Source: an uncultured Clostridia bacterium
GTDB taxonomy: Bacteria > Bacillota > Clostridia > TANB77 > CAG-508
Assembly: GCA_947591055.1 (NCBI GenBank)
Contig: CANQCW010000003.1
Coordinates: 1 to 46,651, forward strand
Length of the DNA stretch: 46,651 nt
Reading direction: 5' to 3'
The notes beneath the pieces were generated by a model. The model searched no databases. It saw only the letters and a program-made list of their open reading frames with translations, and was not told where the DNA came from. The number at the start of each line of letters is the position of its first letter. The first letter of the stretch is position 1. The position numbers and the translations under genes are program-made. Of this stretch, positions 19,263-27,715 are shown piece after piece.

Positions 19263-20015
19263 TCACATTTTAAATATCGTTAATCCATAGACTAATAAAA
19301 CTACTAAAACTCCCATAAATCCGCCAAATAATATTTCTGCAAATGTTTTTTTATCATTTAATCTATTTACAGCAACTATCAATGACAAGATTAAACTTAA
19401 GCAAAATACAACTATATTTTTTGAATTAATCCATATGGCTGTAAGTGTAGCAAAGGCTAAAGCTGATTGGCCACTTGGCATAAAGTTATCTTGTTTTACT
19501 CCATTTGATATTTCTTTTTTCTTAAATGTACCTTTCATTGCTAGTATTGCAATTAATGTAAGTATAATTGCTACAAATGCTAAATGGAAAGGTGAAGAAA
19601 CTAATGTATTTAGTAAGCTATCTGCTACTTGTGATAATTCCGTTTTTCTAAAGAATAAAAAATATGCTACAATAATTGCATTTATCGCTGCAAGCACTAC
19701 TGCACCTGCACCAACATCTTTTGCAATTTTAGCTTTTGGATGATAAGTATCTACTAGAAGGTCTACTATTGTTTCTATTGCTGTGTTTACCATTTCTGCA
19801 AAAATTACAAAAAATACTGCAAATGTTAAGCATAAAAATTCTGAGGTTGTAAAATTATAAAATAAGCTTAGTATCATAACTATTGTTCCGAGTATAAGTT
19901 GCTTTGTAATGTTAGTTTGTGTAGTTGCACAATATATGATACCATCTACTGCATTATTAACCGCTTGTAAAAAATTTTTATTATAAAGTCTACTGTCTCC
20001 TTGTTTAGTTTTCAT
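19263..20015 (-). CDS. dgkA: Diacylglycerol/undecaprenol kinase (DgkA) fused to a degenerate PAP2-like membrane domain
   Basis: The N-terminal ~120 aa are DgkA-like (EMVNTAIETIVD). The C-terminal half carries PSGQSALAFA and NRLNDKKTFAE where PAP2 enzymes have PSGH and SRxxxxxHxxxD. Confidence 0.7.
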   Translation of the reverse strand: MKTKQGDSRLYNKNFLQAVNNAVDGIIYCATTQTNITKQLILGTIVMILSLFYNFTTSEFLCLTFAVFFVIFAEMVNTAIETIVDLLVDTYHPKAKIAKDVGAGAVVLAAINAIIVAYFLFFRKTELSQVADSLLNTLVSSPFHLAFVAIILTLIAILAMKGTFKKKEISNGVKQDNFMPSGQSALAFATLTAIWINSKNIVVFCLSLILSLIVAVNRLNDKKTFAEILFGGFMGVLVVLLVYGLTIFKM

Positions 20016-20048
20016 TTAATTAATCTTACTCCTTTTATTACATGAGTT

Positions 20049-20525
20049 TTATCTATTTATTCCTAGACTGTCTAAAACATTGTCTTCTTTTGCTCTCATT
20101 ATTTTCTTGTCCTCATCTTTTATATGGTCATATCCCATTAAATGATAAAATCCGTGAACACACATGTAGCTTAATTCTCTTTCAAAACTATGTCCATATT
20201 CTTTTGCTTGTTCTTCAACTCTTTGTATTGATATTACAATGTCTCCTAAGCAATCTTCCATTTCATAGTTTGTTTTTATAAAATCTTCTATCTCATTTTT
20301 TTCAAACATAGGAAATGATAATACATCAGTTTCTTTATCTATATTCCTATAATTGTTGTTGAGAACTTTTATCTTTTTTGGATTAGTTAAAGTTATACTA
20401 ATGTATAACTTTAAACTATCCATATTTTCTATTTTAAAACATTGATTTATTACTTTGTTTATAGTATTTTCAAGCTCTTTGTTTTCTTCTATTTCATCAT
20501 ATACTATCTCAGCATGCTGTTTCAT
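20049..20525 (-). CDS. ybeY: rRNA maturation endoribonuclease YbeY
   Basis: Zinc motif HGFYHLMGYDH in a 158-aa ORF. Confidence 0.9.
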   Translation of the reverse strand: MKQHAEIVYDEIEENKELENTINKVINQCFKIENMDSLKLYISITLTNPKKIKVLNNNYRNIDKETDVLSFPMFEKNEIEDFIKTNYEMEDCLGDIVISIQRVEEQAKEYGHSFERELSYMCVHGFYHLMGYDHIKDEDKKIMRAKEDNVLDSLGINR

Positions 20526-21717
20526 TTAATTCTTCCTTTTTTAATCTTTTTACGATTTTATATTTTCCTGTTTTAAATGATTTAATTTGTCTCATATCAC
20601 CTAATTTAACTAAACGACCTTTATAGAATTTAATTATTCTATAATATTTATCATTATATTTACTTAGAGCTTTCATATCTTCTCTAATAAATAATATTTG
20701 TTTTTTAATGTCATAATCGTGCATGTTTTCTTCTTTAATTTTTTCTAAATCTTTATATTTACTAGCAAATTTATTGTATTCAGTCTTTTCATCATTGTTA
20801 TTCCAGTATATTTTTACCGCTAATAATTTTTCGTTGTATTGTTCTATTAATTTTAATAATAATTGATAAGCATTTTCTCTTTTTCTAGCAATTTTAGTAT
20901 CAACTATTAAGCTTCTTGTATCTTTAAGTAGCTTTATATAACATTTTTCAGCTACCATTAGTGGTAGGCTATGGACAAATAGTTTTCTACTTATGCTAAG
21001 TAATATAAGTCTTTTTTCTAGAATATCTACTTGATCAAGTTTTCCTACTTCATATGTTTCAAATAGACTGCACTCTTTAATTAAATCTTCATCTGTAATA
21101 TCTTTTAAAGGTACAATATTTAAAACATATTCTTCAAGTGTATCAAATATTTTGTTATATAAGTTTTCTTTATCAGCTGGAAGCTTTTGCTCTGGAAGAA
21201 CAATTGAATAATGTTTTAATAATCCTTTGTATAGTTGTTCCATTTCATATAAATAAACTTTTGTAAATTCTTCTAAATTTTTTTCTTTTCCTAATTCTTT
21301 TAAACTACTATAGTCTAAGTTAAGTAAGTATTGTTGTTTTTTATATTTGTATTCAATTTCATCAGTTTCTTTTAAGTGAATTATATTATAATATTTTGAA
21401 AGCGCATCTTTCTCAAACTCTGATGCAGTGTCCATTACTACTTTTTTGTATATAGTTTCAATTAGAAGTTCATCAATAGATTCTAAATATAGTGTATAAT
21501 AATCTTCAAACTTTTTTTCTAATTTTTCTTTTTTGTCATCTTTACAATTAAGCATATTTTTATAGTTTTTTACCATGGAATTTCTTTTTATGTTTACTAA
21601 AAAATTGTTAAATCCAAACTTAGTAGGTGTGAAAATTTTACTTACGGTACTTCCTAACCTTGCAAAAAAGGTCTTTCTTGTATCATAAACTTTTAAACTT
21701 TTTTCTTCTGCTCCCAT
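20509..21717 (-). CDS. K/E-rich helical hypothetical protein, operon-coupled between yqfD and ybeY
   Basis: The likely start is ATG at 21717 (SD aaaggag, 5 nt spacing); the ORF track begins 5 codons earlier at TTG. The 3' end overlaps the ybeY start. No TM segment or catalytic motif was recognised. Confidence 0.5.
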   Translation of the reverse strand: MGAEEKSLKVYDTRKTFFARLGSTVSKIFTPTKFGFNNFLVNIKRNSMVKNYKNMLNCKDDKKEKLEKKFEDYYTLYLESIDELLIETIYKKVVMDTASEFEKDALSKYYNIIHLKETDEIEYKYKKQQYLLNLDYSSLKELGKEKNLEEFTKVYLYEMEQLYKGLLKHYSIVLPEQKLPADKENLYNKIFDTLEEYVLNIVPLKDITDEDLIKECSLFETYEVGKLDQVDILEKRLILLSISRKLFVHSLPLMVAEKCYIKLLKDTRSLIVDTKIARKRENAYQLLLKLIEQYNEKLLAVKIYWNNNDEKTEYNKFASKYKDLEKIKEENMHDYDIKKQILFIREDMKALSKYNDKYYRIIKFYKGRLVKLGDMRQIKSFKTGKYKIVKRLKKEELNETAC

Positions 21718-21728
21718 AAAAACTCCTT

Positions 21729-22907
21729 TCAAAATTCTATCTCTTCCTTGGTGCCTATATTTTCTATTACAGAATATGTAACCTTAACTTCGTATGAACT
21801 GTCTCTTTCCGTAACATCAATTTTTTTATCAATAACTTCTCCATTAATTAAGTCTTTCATTTTTTCTTCTATCCTGCTAATCCCTAGTGCTTTAGCATCT
21901 TCTAAATTATGTTCTACTACGGATTCTTCTACTTCATAATTTGTAAGTTTTAGAAGTTCAATTGGTAAATAAAAATTAGAAAATAATTCTACCTTTTTAC
22001 TTGAAACTATTGTATCATATTTTTTAAATTTTGAAAGCTTTTTATAAAAATTTATTCTAAAATTATTAAATTTTATTGCATATTTTTTATTTATGTTTCC
22101 TGTTTCGCTTTTTTTCGTCTCTTTTTTACTAATTCTTTCAGTTTGCATATATTGAACATTGCCTTTTACTTCTCCGTTACTATTTACATAATATTTATCT
22201 GTATATTTTCCCTCCATATATCCTGCAATTAAAACATCACCTTTTTTTACGGAATCACCCTTTTGCACCATAATTGTACCATTTTGTGCTGAAATGCTTT
22301 CAATTATAGCATCTTTAGTTGCAATAATGTTAGTAAAACTATTTTCATCTATAATGTCTGGCTTTGAATCCGCTTCTACAACTCTTACAATAGCATTAGT
22401 TCCTTTTATCTCAATACCAATCCATGCTAAATCGTCTCTTAAAATTCTAATCTTATTAATTATGTTATCTGTATTTATATTTCCTTTATACTTTCCAATT
22501 TTAATCCCATTTTCTTTTATAAGATTAATTATTTCATTACTATCTATCTTATTGCATCCTACAACTTCAATATTCCATATAAACCTTGAAAGTCCAAAAA
22601 TTAGTGCAATAACAATAAAAAGCATTATAAAAAAAATTTTCCTCTTTTTATATCTTTCAATTAAAAAAGGAAGACCTCTTTGCCTTTTTATCTCTACTCT
22701 GCAATTATGTTCCTTTGCAATATCTTCTGCTTTTTCTATGTCTTGCACTCCAATTTTTGCCTGAACCAAAGTCTGCTTTTTTCTTACAATCCCCCAAAGA
22801 AAAATACCATTTTTCATGCAAGTATTAATAAATCTTTCAATATAATAGCCTTCAATTTCTACTTTCAAATATCCATTAATATAATTTCCAATTAACTTAA
22901 ATTGCAT
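21729..22907 (-). CDS. yqfD: Sporulation protein YqfD
   Basis: 392 aa with the N-terminal YqfD pattern (VEIEGYYIERFINTCMKNGIFLW), one central TM helix, and synteny with ybeY/era/recO. Confidence 0.8.
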   Translation of the reverse strand: MQFKLIGNYINGYLKVEIEGYYIERFINTCMKNGIFLWGIVRKKQTLVQAKIGVQDIEKAEDIAKEHNCRVEIKRQRGLPFLIERYKKRKIFFIMLFIVIALIFGLSRFIWNIEVVGCNKIDSNEIINLIKENGIKIGKYKGNINTDNIINKIRILRDDLAWIGIEIKGTNAIVRVVEADSKPDIIDENSFTNIIATKDAIIESISAQNGTIMVQKGDSVKKGDVLIAGYMEGKYTDKYYVNSNGEVKGNVQYMQTERISKKETKKSETGNINKKYAIKFNNFRINFYKKLSKFKKYDTIVSSKKVELFSNFYLPIELLKLTNYEVEESVVEHNLEDAKALGISRIEEKMKDLINGEVIDKKIDVTERDSSYEVKVTYSVIENIGTKEEIEF

Positions 22908-22920
22908 TAAATTCTCCTTA

Positions 22921-22967
22921 AAAAAGATTAATATAATCTTTTAAATTATATTAATCTTTTTTTAAGT
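22921..22967. terminator. Perfect AT-rich inverted repeat (terminator-like) abutting the yqfD RBS
   Basis: Stem aaaagattaatataat / attatattaatctttt with T-runs on both sides. It contains TATAAT on both strands. Confidence 0.5.
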
Positions 22968-22982
22968 TATGAATAATAAAAT

Positions 22983-23081
22983 ACAATAGTTCGTAGTTGT
23001 GCGTAGCGATCAAGCACGTAAGTGCGCGACTGGAGCGCGACCGTTAGGTTGCTAGCGACAACAAACAACAAGAACTATTGT
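22983..23081. other. GC-rich 99-nt long-hairpin element of unknown function
   Basis: Outer perfect 10-bp stem acaatagttc / gaactattgt. Inner extended helix GTTGTGCGTAGCGAT / GTTGCTAGCGACAAC. Apical GCAC-GTAA-GTGC tetraloop hairpin. A hand count gives 36 G+C in 23001-23060, in an otherwise very AT-rich intergenic region. Confidence 0.45.
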
Positions 23082-23097
23082 AGTTTATTATTTTAGT

Positions 23098-24564
23098 TTA
23101 TCTTAGATTTATGTCACAATAAAATTCTACTCCATCTTTATAATTCTTTACCCCATATTCATTTTTATAATTATTCATTATAGCTTTAACTATCGCAAGT
23201 CCAATTCCTGTTCCACCATCTTCTCTGTTTCTTGATGTATCTTCTTTATAAAATCTGTCCCATATCTTTTCCATTACAGCTTCTTCAAGTTTATCACCAG
23301 TATTATAAACATAGAGCCTTAATTTGTTATTTTTTCTTTTCTCTGTTCTAATAACTATTTTCTTTTCTTTATCCTTTGTTTTGCAATGTTTTATTGCATT
23401 TGTTAAATAATTGTTTACTACTTTTTCAATATACTCTTGCTGAGCATATACTTTGATTTTCTTACTATCATCAAAATCAATTTTTATTTTATTTTCTTTT
23501 AATACTTTTGTTTGTCTTTTTATTTGTTCTTTAATTAATTCTGTTAAATCAAATTCAGTATCATTAAATTTTATGCCTTCTTGCTCTAATTTCATCAGTT
23601 CTAGAAGTTCTTTTACCATTTTATCCATTTTATTTGATTCATCTATTATAACTTCTGCATAGAATTTTCTTGACTCTTCATCTTCATTTACATTTTCCAT
23701 CAAGCCTTCGGCATACCCTTGAATTAAAGCTATTGGAGTTTTTAGCTCGTGAGAAACATCTGAGATAAAATCTTTTCTCATCTGATCTATTTTAGATTTT
23801 TCTTCAATATCTCTTTCAAGTTCATTATTATTTTTTCTAAGTTGATTTATAGTAGATTCTAATTTGTCTGACATTATATTTATGTTTTGGCCTAGCTTAT
23901 CTATTTCATCATCTAATTCTGACTGTTCAGCTTTTTCATTAAAATCTAATTTCGACATCTTTTTCGTAATATCATTTAATTTTAATATTCTAACAGTAAA
24001 TTTTTTTGAAATAATATATGCGATTATTCCTGAGAAAAATGCCATTATTACTCCAACTATAATTAAAATTCTGTTAGATATTTTAACTGATTCTTTTATT
24101 TGAGTAACAGGTATTCTAATAAAAGTTATATATCCATTATCTTGATAAGAAATAAGCATTATATAATTATTATCTAGACTTTCATTTTGCTTAATTACTG
24201 TATTTGAATTAGAATAAATAGTTCGTACATTTTTGCTATTTTGAATTTCTACTACACATCTTTCCATTTCTCTACTTGCGCAATAAATAATCTCTGCATT
24301 TGAGTTTTCTATTAAAATATCAATATCATTTTTTATTTCAACTTGTCTTATATCAGAGCTAATATTATATTGTAAAACTCCATTGTAATAACTATTTAAA
24401 TCTGCACTTATTTCTTTAGCTATTTTTGTTTTTGAATATGTATAAAAAAATTCTAATGCAATATTATTAATAATAACTAAAATTGAAATAATAAAAATTG
24501 TTGAAACAGTAAGTATTGCAAAAAGTCTAAACCTAATTGATTTAGTTTTTTCTTCTAATTTCAT
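23098..24564 (-). CDS. Sensor histidine kinase (two TM segments, HAMP, HisKA, HATPase)
   Basis: H-box DVSHELKTPIALIQGY, N-box NAIKH, and G-boxes YNTGD and GGTGIGLAIV. Confidence 0.9.
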   Translation of the reverse strand: MKLEEKTKSIRFRLFAILTVSTIFIISILVIINNIALEFFYTYSKTKIAKEISADLNSYYNGVLQYNISSDIRQVEIKNDIDILIENSNAEIIYCASREMERCVVEIQNSKNVRTIYSNSNTVIKQNESLDNNYIMLISYQDNGYITFIRIPVTQIKESVKISNRILIIVGVIMAFFSGIIAYIISKKFTVRILKLNDITKKMSKLDFNEKAEQSELDDEIDKLGQNINIMSDKLESTINQLRKNNNELERDIEEKSKIDQMRKDFISDVSHELKTPIALIQGYAEGLMENVNEDEESRKFYAEVIIDESNKMDKMVKELLELMKLEQEGIKFNDTEFDLTELIKEQIKRQTKVLKENKIKIDFDDSKKIKVYAQQEYIEKVVNNYLTNAIKHCKTKDKEKKIVIRTEKRKNNKLRLYVYNTGDKLEEAVMEKIWDRFYKEDTSRNREDGGTGIGLAIVKAIMNNYKNEYGVKNYKDGVEFYCDINLR

Positions 24565-25241
24565 TAATCTACCTCGAATTTATATCCTATTCCCCTCATT
24601 GTTTTTATATATTTTCCTTTTTTGCCTAGCTTATGTCTTATCTTTTTTATATGACTATCAATTGTTCTAGAATCTCCATAATAATCATAATTCCATACAT
24701 TATTTAATATCTTATCTCTTGAAAGAGCAACATTTTCATTATCTAGTAAATATTTTAAAAGTTCATATTCTCTTAAACTTAATTCTACTTGTTTTCCATC
24801 AACTGTAACTTTTCTTGCATCTACATCTATCTTAATACCAGCATAATCTTTTGTCTCATTTTTATCAGATTGAGTTCTACTTAAAATAGCTTTTATTCTA
24901 GCCACTAATAATTTTGGACTAAATGGTTTTGAAATATATTCATCAACGCCAAGTTCAAAACCAAATAATTCATCTTGTTCTTCTCCTCTTGCTGTAAGCA
25001 TAATTACTGGAACTTTAGAAACTTGCCTTATTTGTCTTAAAACAGACCAACCATCTAGTTTTGGCATCATAACATCTAATAGAATTAATCCTATTTTTTT
25101 ACTGTTTTCTTCAAATAATTCTAGAGCTTTTTCTCCATCTTCAGCTTCTAAAATTTTATATCCTTCTTTTGCTAAAAAGTCTTTTAATAATTTTCTTATT
25201 CTTGATTCATCATCAACAATTAATATAGTTGTATCATCCAT
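24564..25241 (-). CDS. OmpR-family response regulator
   Basis: Receiver domain (ILIVDDES...LLDVMMPKLDG) plus a winged-helix C-terminus (RTIDSHIKKIRHKL...IKTMRGIGYKF). Confidence 0.9.
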   Translation of the reverse strand: MDDTTILIVDDESRIRKLLKDFLAKEGYKILEAEDGEKALELFEENSKKIGLILLDVMMPKLDGWSVLRQIRQVSKVPVIMLTARGEEQDELFGFELGVDEYISKPFSPKLLVARIKAILSRTQSDKNETKDYAGIKIDVDARKVTVDGKQVELSLREYELLKYLLDNENVALSRDKILNNVWNYDYYGDSRTIDSHIKKIRHKLGKKGKYIKTMRGIGYKFEVD

Positions 25242-25283
25242 TTTTGATAGCTTATGTTAGCTTAAAAGACTAACTTATCTCCT
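25242..25283 (-). promoter_or_regulatory. Leader in which a hairpin-forming 36-nt spacer separates SD AGGAGA from the AUG
   Basis: Minus strand reads gaaAGGAGAtaagttagtcttttaagctaacataagctatcaaaaATG. Helices GATA/TATC and GTTAG/CTAAC are present. In-frame stops in the spacer exclude an N-terminal extension. Confidence 0.35.
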
Positions 25284-25339
25284 TTCTAATTCTGAAAATA
25301 TATTTTTATTTTAGCATGTCTTTATGTCTATTTTGTGAA

Positions 25340-26512
25340 TTATTTGATAATTTTTGCAGGTCTAACTTTTTTTGACTCATCTTTATTTTTTGAATTACTT
25401 TCTTTTTGTTTTTTCCCATTTTCTTTAGATTCAGTATTTTCACTAATCATACTATTTTCTTTAATGTAGATATTTCTACCTGGATAAGATAATTTAACTC
25501 CTTGAGTTTCTAATATATTTAAAATGGTTAAATTAATTTTATTGCAAAAATCTCTATATTCCATATAATTTGTTATAGTAGTTTCTACATAAATATCTAT
25601 GTTTATTGCATCTTGCTCAATTTTTAGAACTTGAATATTAATTGATTCTTCTATAATATCTTCATTGTATCTCAATATAAATTTGATTCTATTCATTACT
25701 TTTTCAATAGTGCTTTCTTCTGTTTCTAAAGAAAATTTTAAATTAGCTCTAAAAACTCTCTTTTTAATTTTTCCCCAGTTAATAACCTTAGTACTTGTTA
25801 TAAGATCATTTGGTACAGTAACTACTGTATCTTCTATAGTTTTTACCTTCGTACTTTTAATAGTTATATCCTCTACTGTTCCAGATATTTCTTCAATATC
25901 AATCCAGTCTCCAACTTCAAAAGGTTTGTCTGTAAAAATAGATAATCCAGATATAATTTGTTTGATAAAATCTTGTGCTGCAAGTGCTACTACTGCACCA
26001 GTTAGTCCAAGTCCTGTTGCTAAGCCTCCTATGTCATATCCAAATTCTTTTAAAGTCAAATAAACAGCAATTATATATAATATAATTTTTAAAATATTGC
26101 TAGTTACTGATGTAAAAAATGCATTTTTCCTTATTTCTTCTTTTTTACTAGATTTATATATAAATAATTCTCTTACTTCAAATATTCCTACAATAATTCT
26201 TGCTAAAGTCCAGATAATTATCACTACGAAACATTTGTCTATAAATTCATTTTGAAATTGTTGTAACTCTATAATTTTACTAGCAACATAAACTCCAGAA
26301 AGTGATAAAAATAATTTTATAGTTTTATAAATATTACTATCTTTTATTTCTTCTTTATTTTGCCTTCTTAAAAATATTTTTACTATACCATAAGAAATCA
26401 AAGGACTTAGTAAAATAAAAATTATAATGATAAATATTGCAATTACTAAGTTCGTTATTTGAGAAATTTCTATATTTTTAATAATATCTATAAACTCTTC
26501 AATTTTATTCAT
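25340..26512 (-). CDS. Small-conductance mechanosensitive channel (MscS family)
   Basis: 390 aa with four N-terminal TM helices and an MscS beta-domain (GDWIDIEEISGTVEDITIKSTKVKTIEDTVVTVPN). Confidence 0.85.
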   Translation of the reverse strand: MNKIEEFIDIIKNIEISQITNLVIAIFIIIIFILLSPLISYGIVKIFLRRQNKEEIKDSNIYKTIKLFLSLSGVYVASKIIELQQFQNEFIDKCFVVIIIWTLARIIVGIFEVRELFIYKSSKKEEIRKNAFFTSVTSNILKIILYIIAVYLTLKEFGYDIGGLATGLGLTGAVVALAAQDFIKQIISGLSIFTDKPFEVGDWIDIEEISGTVEDITIKSTKVKTIEDTVVTVPNDLITSTKVINWGKIKKRVFRANLKFSLETEESTIEKVMNRIKFILRYNEDIIEESINIQVLKIEQDAINIDIYVETTITNYMEYRDFCNKINLTILNILETQGVKLSYPGRNIYIKENSMISENTESKENGKKQKESNSKNKDESKKVRPAKIIK

Positions 26513-26701
26513 CTAAAATTTTAATTCCTCTCTTGTTTCTTAATTTTCATAATCTAAATTGTTAAAATATTTTCTATATATTTTATAACACTTTTTTTAT
26601 AAAAAAACAAGCAATCGCCATATTTTACAATACTATACAAAATATCTAGATTGTACTTATTTTATTACATATTATACCAATATTAATTTATTATACAATT
26701 G

Positions 26702-26790
26702 TTGAAATCATTTACATAATATGATATAATATTTATAGATACCCTATATTAGGGATGCTTCAATTAATAAATATTAAGGAGGTAATAAAA
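26702..26790 (+). promoter_or_regulatory. Sigma-A type promoter plus 5' stem-loop of LRV gene 1
   Basis: TTGAAA (26702-26707), 17-nt spacer, extended -10 TGATATAAT (ends at 26730), hairpin CCCTA-tat-TAGGG (26742-26754), and SD AAGGAGG 7 nt before the ATG at 26791. Confidence 0.55.
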
Positions 26791-27249
26791 ATGGGACTTT
26801 CAGGATTTACAGTTATTTCACGGAGGGAATTAGCAAGATCAACTACTAACAAAAGGGTTTTAGAAAAACTTGCACATGATGAAGATGTTACTGTAAGAGT
26901 AGCAGTAGGTATTAATTCCAAAACATCTAAGCCTACATTAGATTTTCTTGCTGATGATCCAAATCCTACGGTTAAGTTTGTTGTAAGCTTTAATTCAAGC
27001 ACATCAAGAGGTACACTTAAGAAACTATCCAGAGACGATTGTTCTTTTATAAAGTCTACAGTTGCTGAAAATGCTAATACGCCACGTATTGCACTAAATT
27101 CTCTTTCTTATGATAGAGATCCTTATGTCAAACAAGCTGTAGCAACTAATCCAAATACTCCAAGGAGAGCATTACTCAGGCTTTGCCAAGATGATAGTTC
27201 AACCGTCAGAAAATTAGCAGCAGCTAATCCCAGCATCATAAAAAATTGA
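26791..27249 (+). CDS. Leucine-rich-repeat-variant (LRV/HEAT-like) repeat protein
   Basis: Start taken at the MGLSG Met, which has a strong SD. About 24-26-aa repeats follow the pattern D(D/P)xxxVRxxVAxNxNTPxxxLxxL. GC is higher than in neighbouring genes. Confidence 0.6.
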   Translation: MGLSGFTVISRRELARSTTNKRVLEKLAHDEDVTVRVAVGINSKTSKPTLDFLADDPNPTVKFVVSFNSSTSRGTLKKLSRDDCSFIKSTVAENANTPRIALNSLSYDRDPYVKQAVATNPNTPRRALLRLCQDDSSTVRKLAAANPSIIKN

Positions 27250-27271
27250 ATAATGTTTAAAGTCTACATTT

Positions 27272-27306
27272 GATAAGATTCTTTCATAGGATCTTATCTT
27301 TTTTTA
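27272..27306 (+). terminator. Intrinsic terminator
   Basis: Stem gataagat / atcttatc (27272-27279 / 27291-27298) followed by a T8 run. Confidence 0.7.
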
Positions 27307-27333
27307 TAACTTATAATAATTAATCTAAAAATG

Positions 27334-27459
27334 TTGCATAAATCAATATAATATGTTATAATATATATCATTATCCCTTTGGCATAGGGACTAGTAATAT
27401 ATGCCACCGTAACTGTCAAATTAAATCTCATATTAATTACTATTAAGGAGGTATGCAAT
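27334..27459 (+). promoter_or_regulatory. Promoter plus about 90-nt leader with two mutually exclusive hairpins
   Basis: TTGCAT (27334-27339), 17-nt spacer, TATAAT (27357-27362). Hairpin TCCCT/AGGGA (27374-27390) overlaps hairpin GGCATA/TATGCC (27381-27405). SD AAGGAGG at 27445-27451. Confidence 0.5.
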
Positions 27460-27609
27460 TTGAAAGTAACACTTGAAATCGAAAAAACTTCAACTGCTTC
27501 TAAGCGGGATATGGACTATCTCATCGATAAAATCGATGAATTGTCTCAGAAGGCTAAGGATGATGGGTGTGATGTAAGAGTATCTATAGTATCTGTTGCA
27601 GGAGAATAA
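27460..27609 (+). CDS. 49-aa hypothetical protein (TTG start, below the ORF-track cutoff)
   Basis: TTG lies 8 nt after AAGGAGG. Product MKVTLEIEKTSTASKRDMDYLIDKIDELSQKAKDDGCDVRVSIVSVAGE. The ORF is bracketed by its own promoter and terminator. Confidence 0.4.
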   Translation: MKVTLEIEKTSTASKRDMDYLIDKIDELSQKAKDDGCDVRVSIVSVAGE

Positions 27610-27651
27610 TTATATTTCCCATAACAGTTGATACAATTTACATCAATGAAA

Positions 27652-27690
27652 AGAGAAGATGCTTTAATTTGCATCTTCTCTTTATTTTAT
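27652..27690 (+). terminator. Intrinsic terminator
   Basis: 11-bp stem agagaagatgc / gcatcttctct followed by a T-rich tract. Confidence 0.7.
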
Positions 27691-27715
27691 TTTTTTCTAT
27701 TTAATTTTTTAATAA

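Noticed and set aside
22983-23081. Small protein-coding gene or tRNA inside the GC-rich element
   Set aside because: I found no start codon with an RBS on either strand, and no cloverleaf could be folded. The sequence is best described as one long imperfect hairpin.
26755-26790. 12-codon upstream extension of LRV gene 1, and the similar extension of the amylase ORF (27745..27774)
   Set aside because: The extensions would begin inside the leader or promoter, upstream of the strong AAGGAGG and gaaagga SD boxes that are correctly spaced for the internal Met codons.
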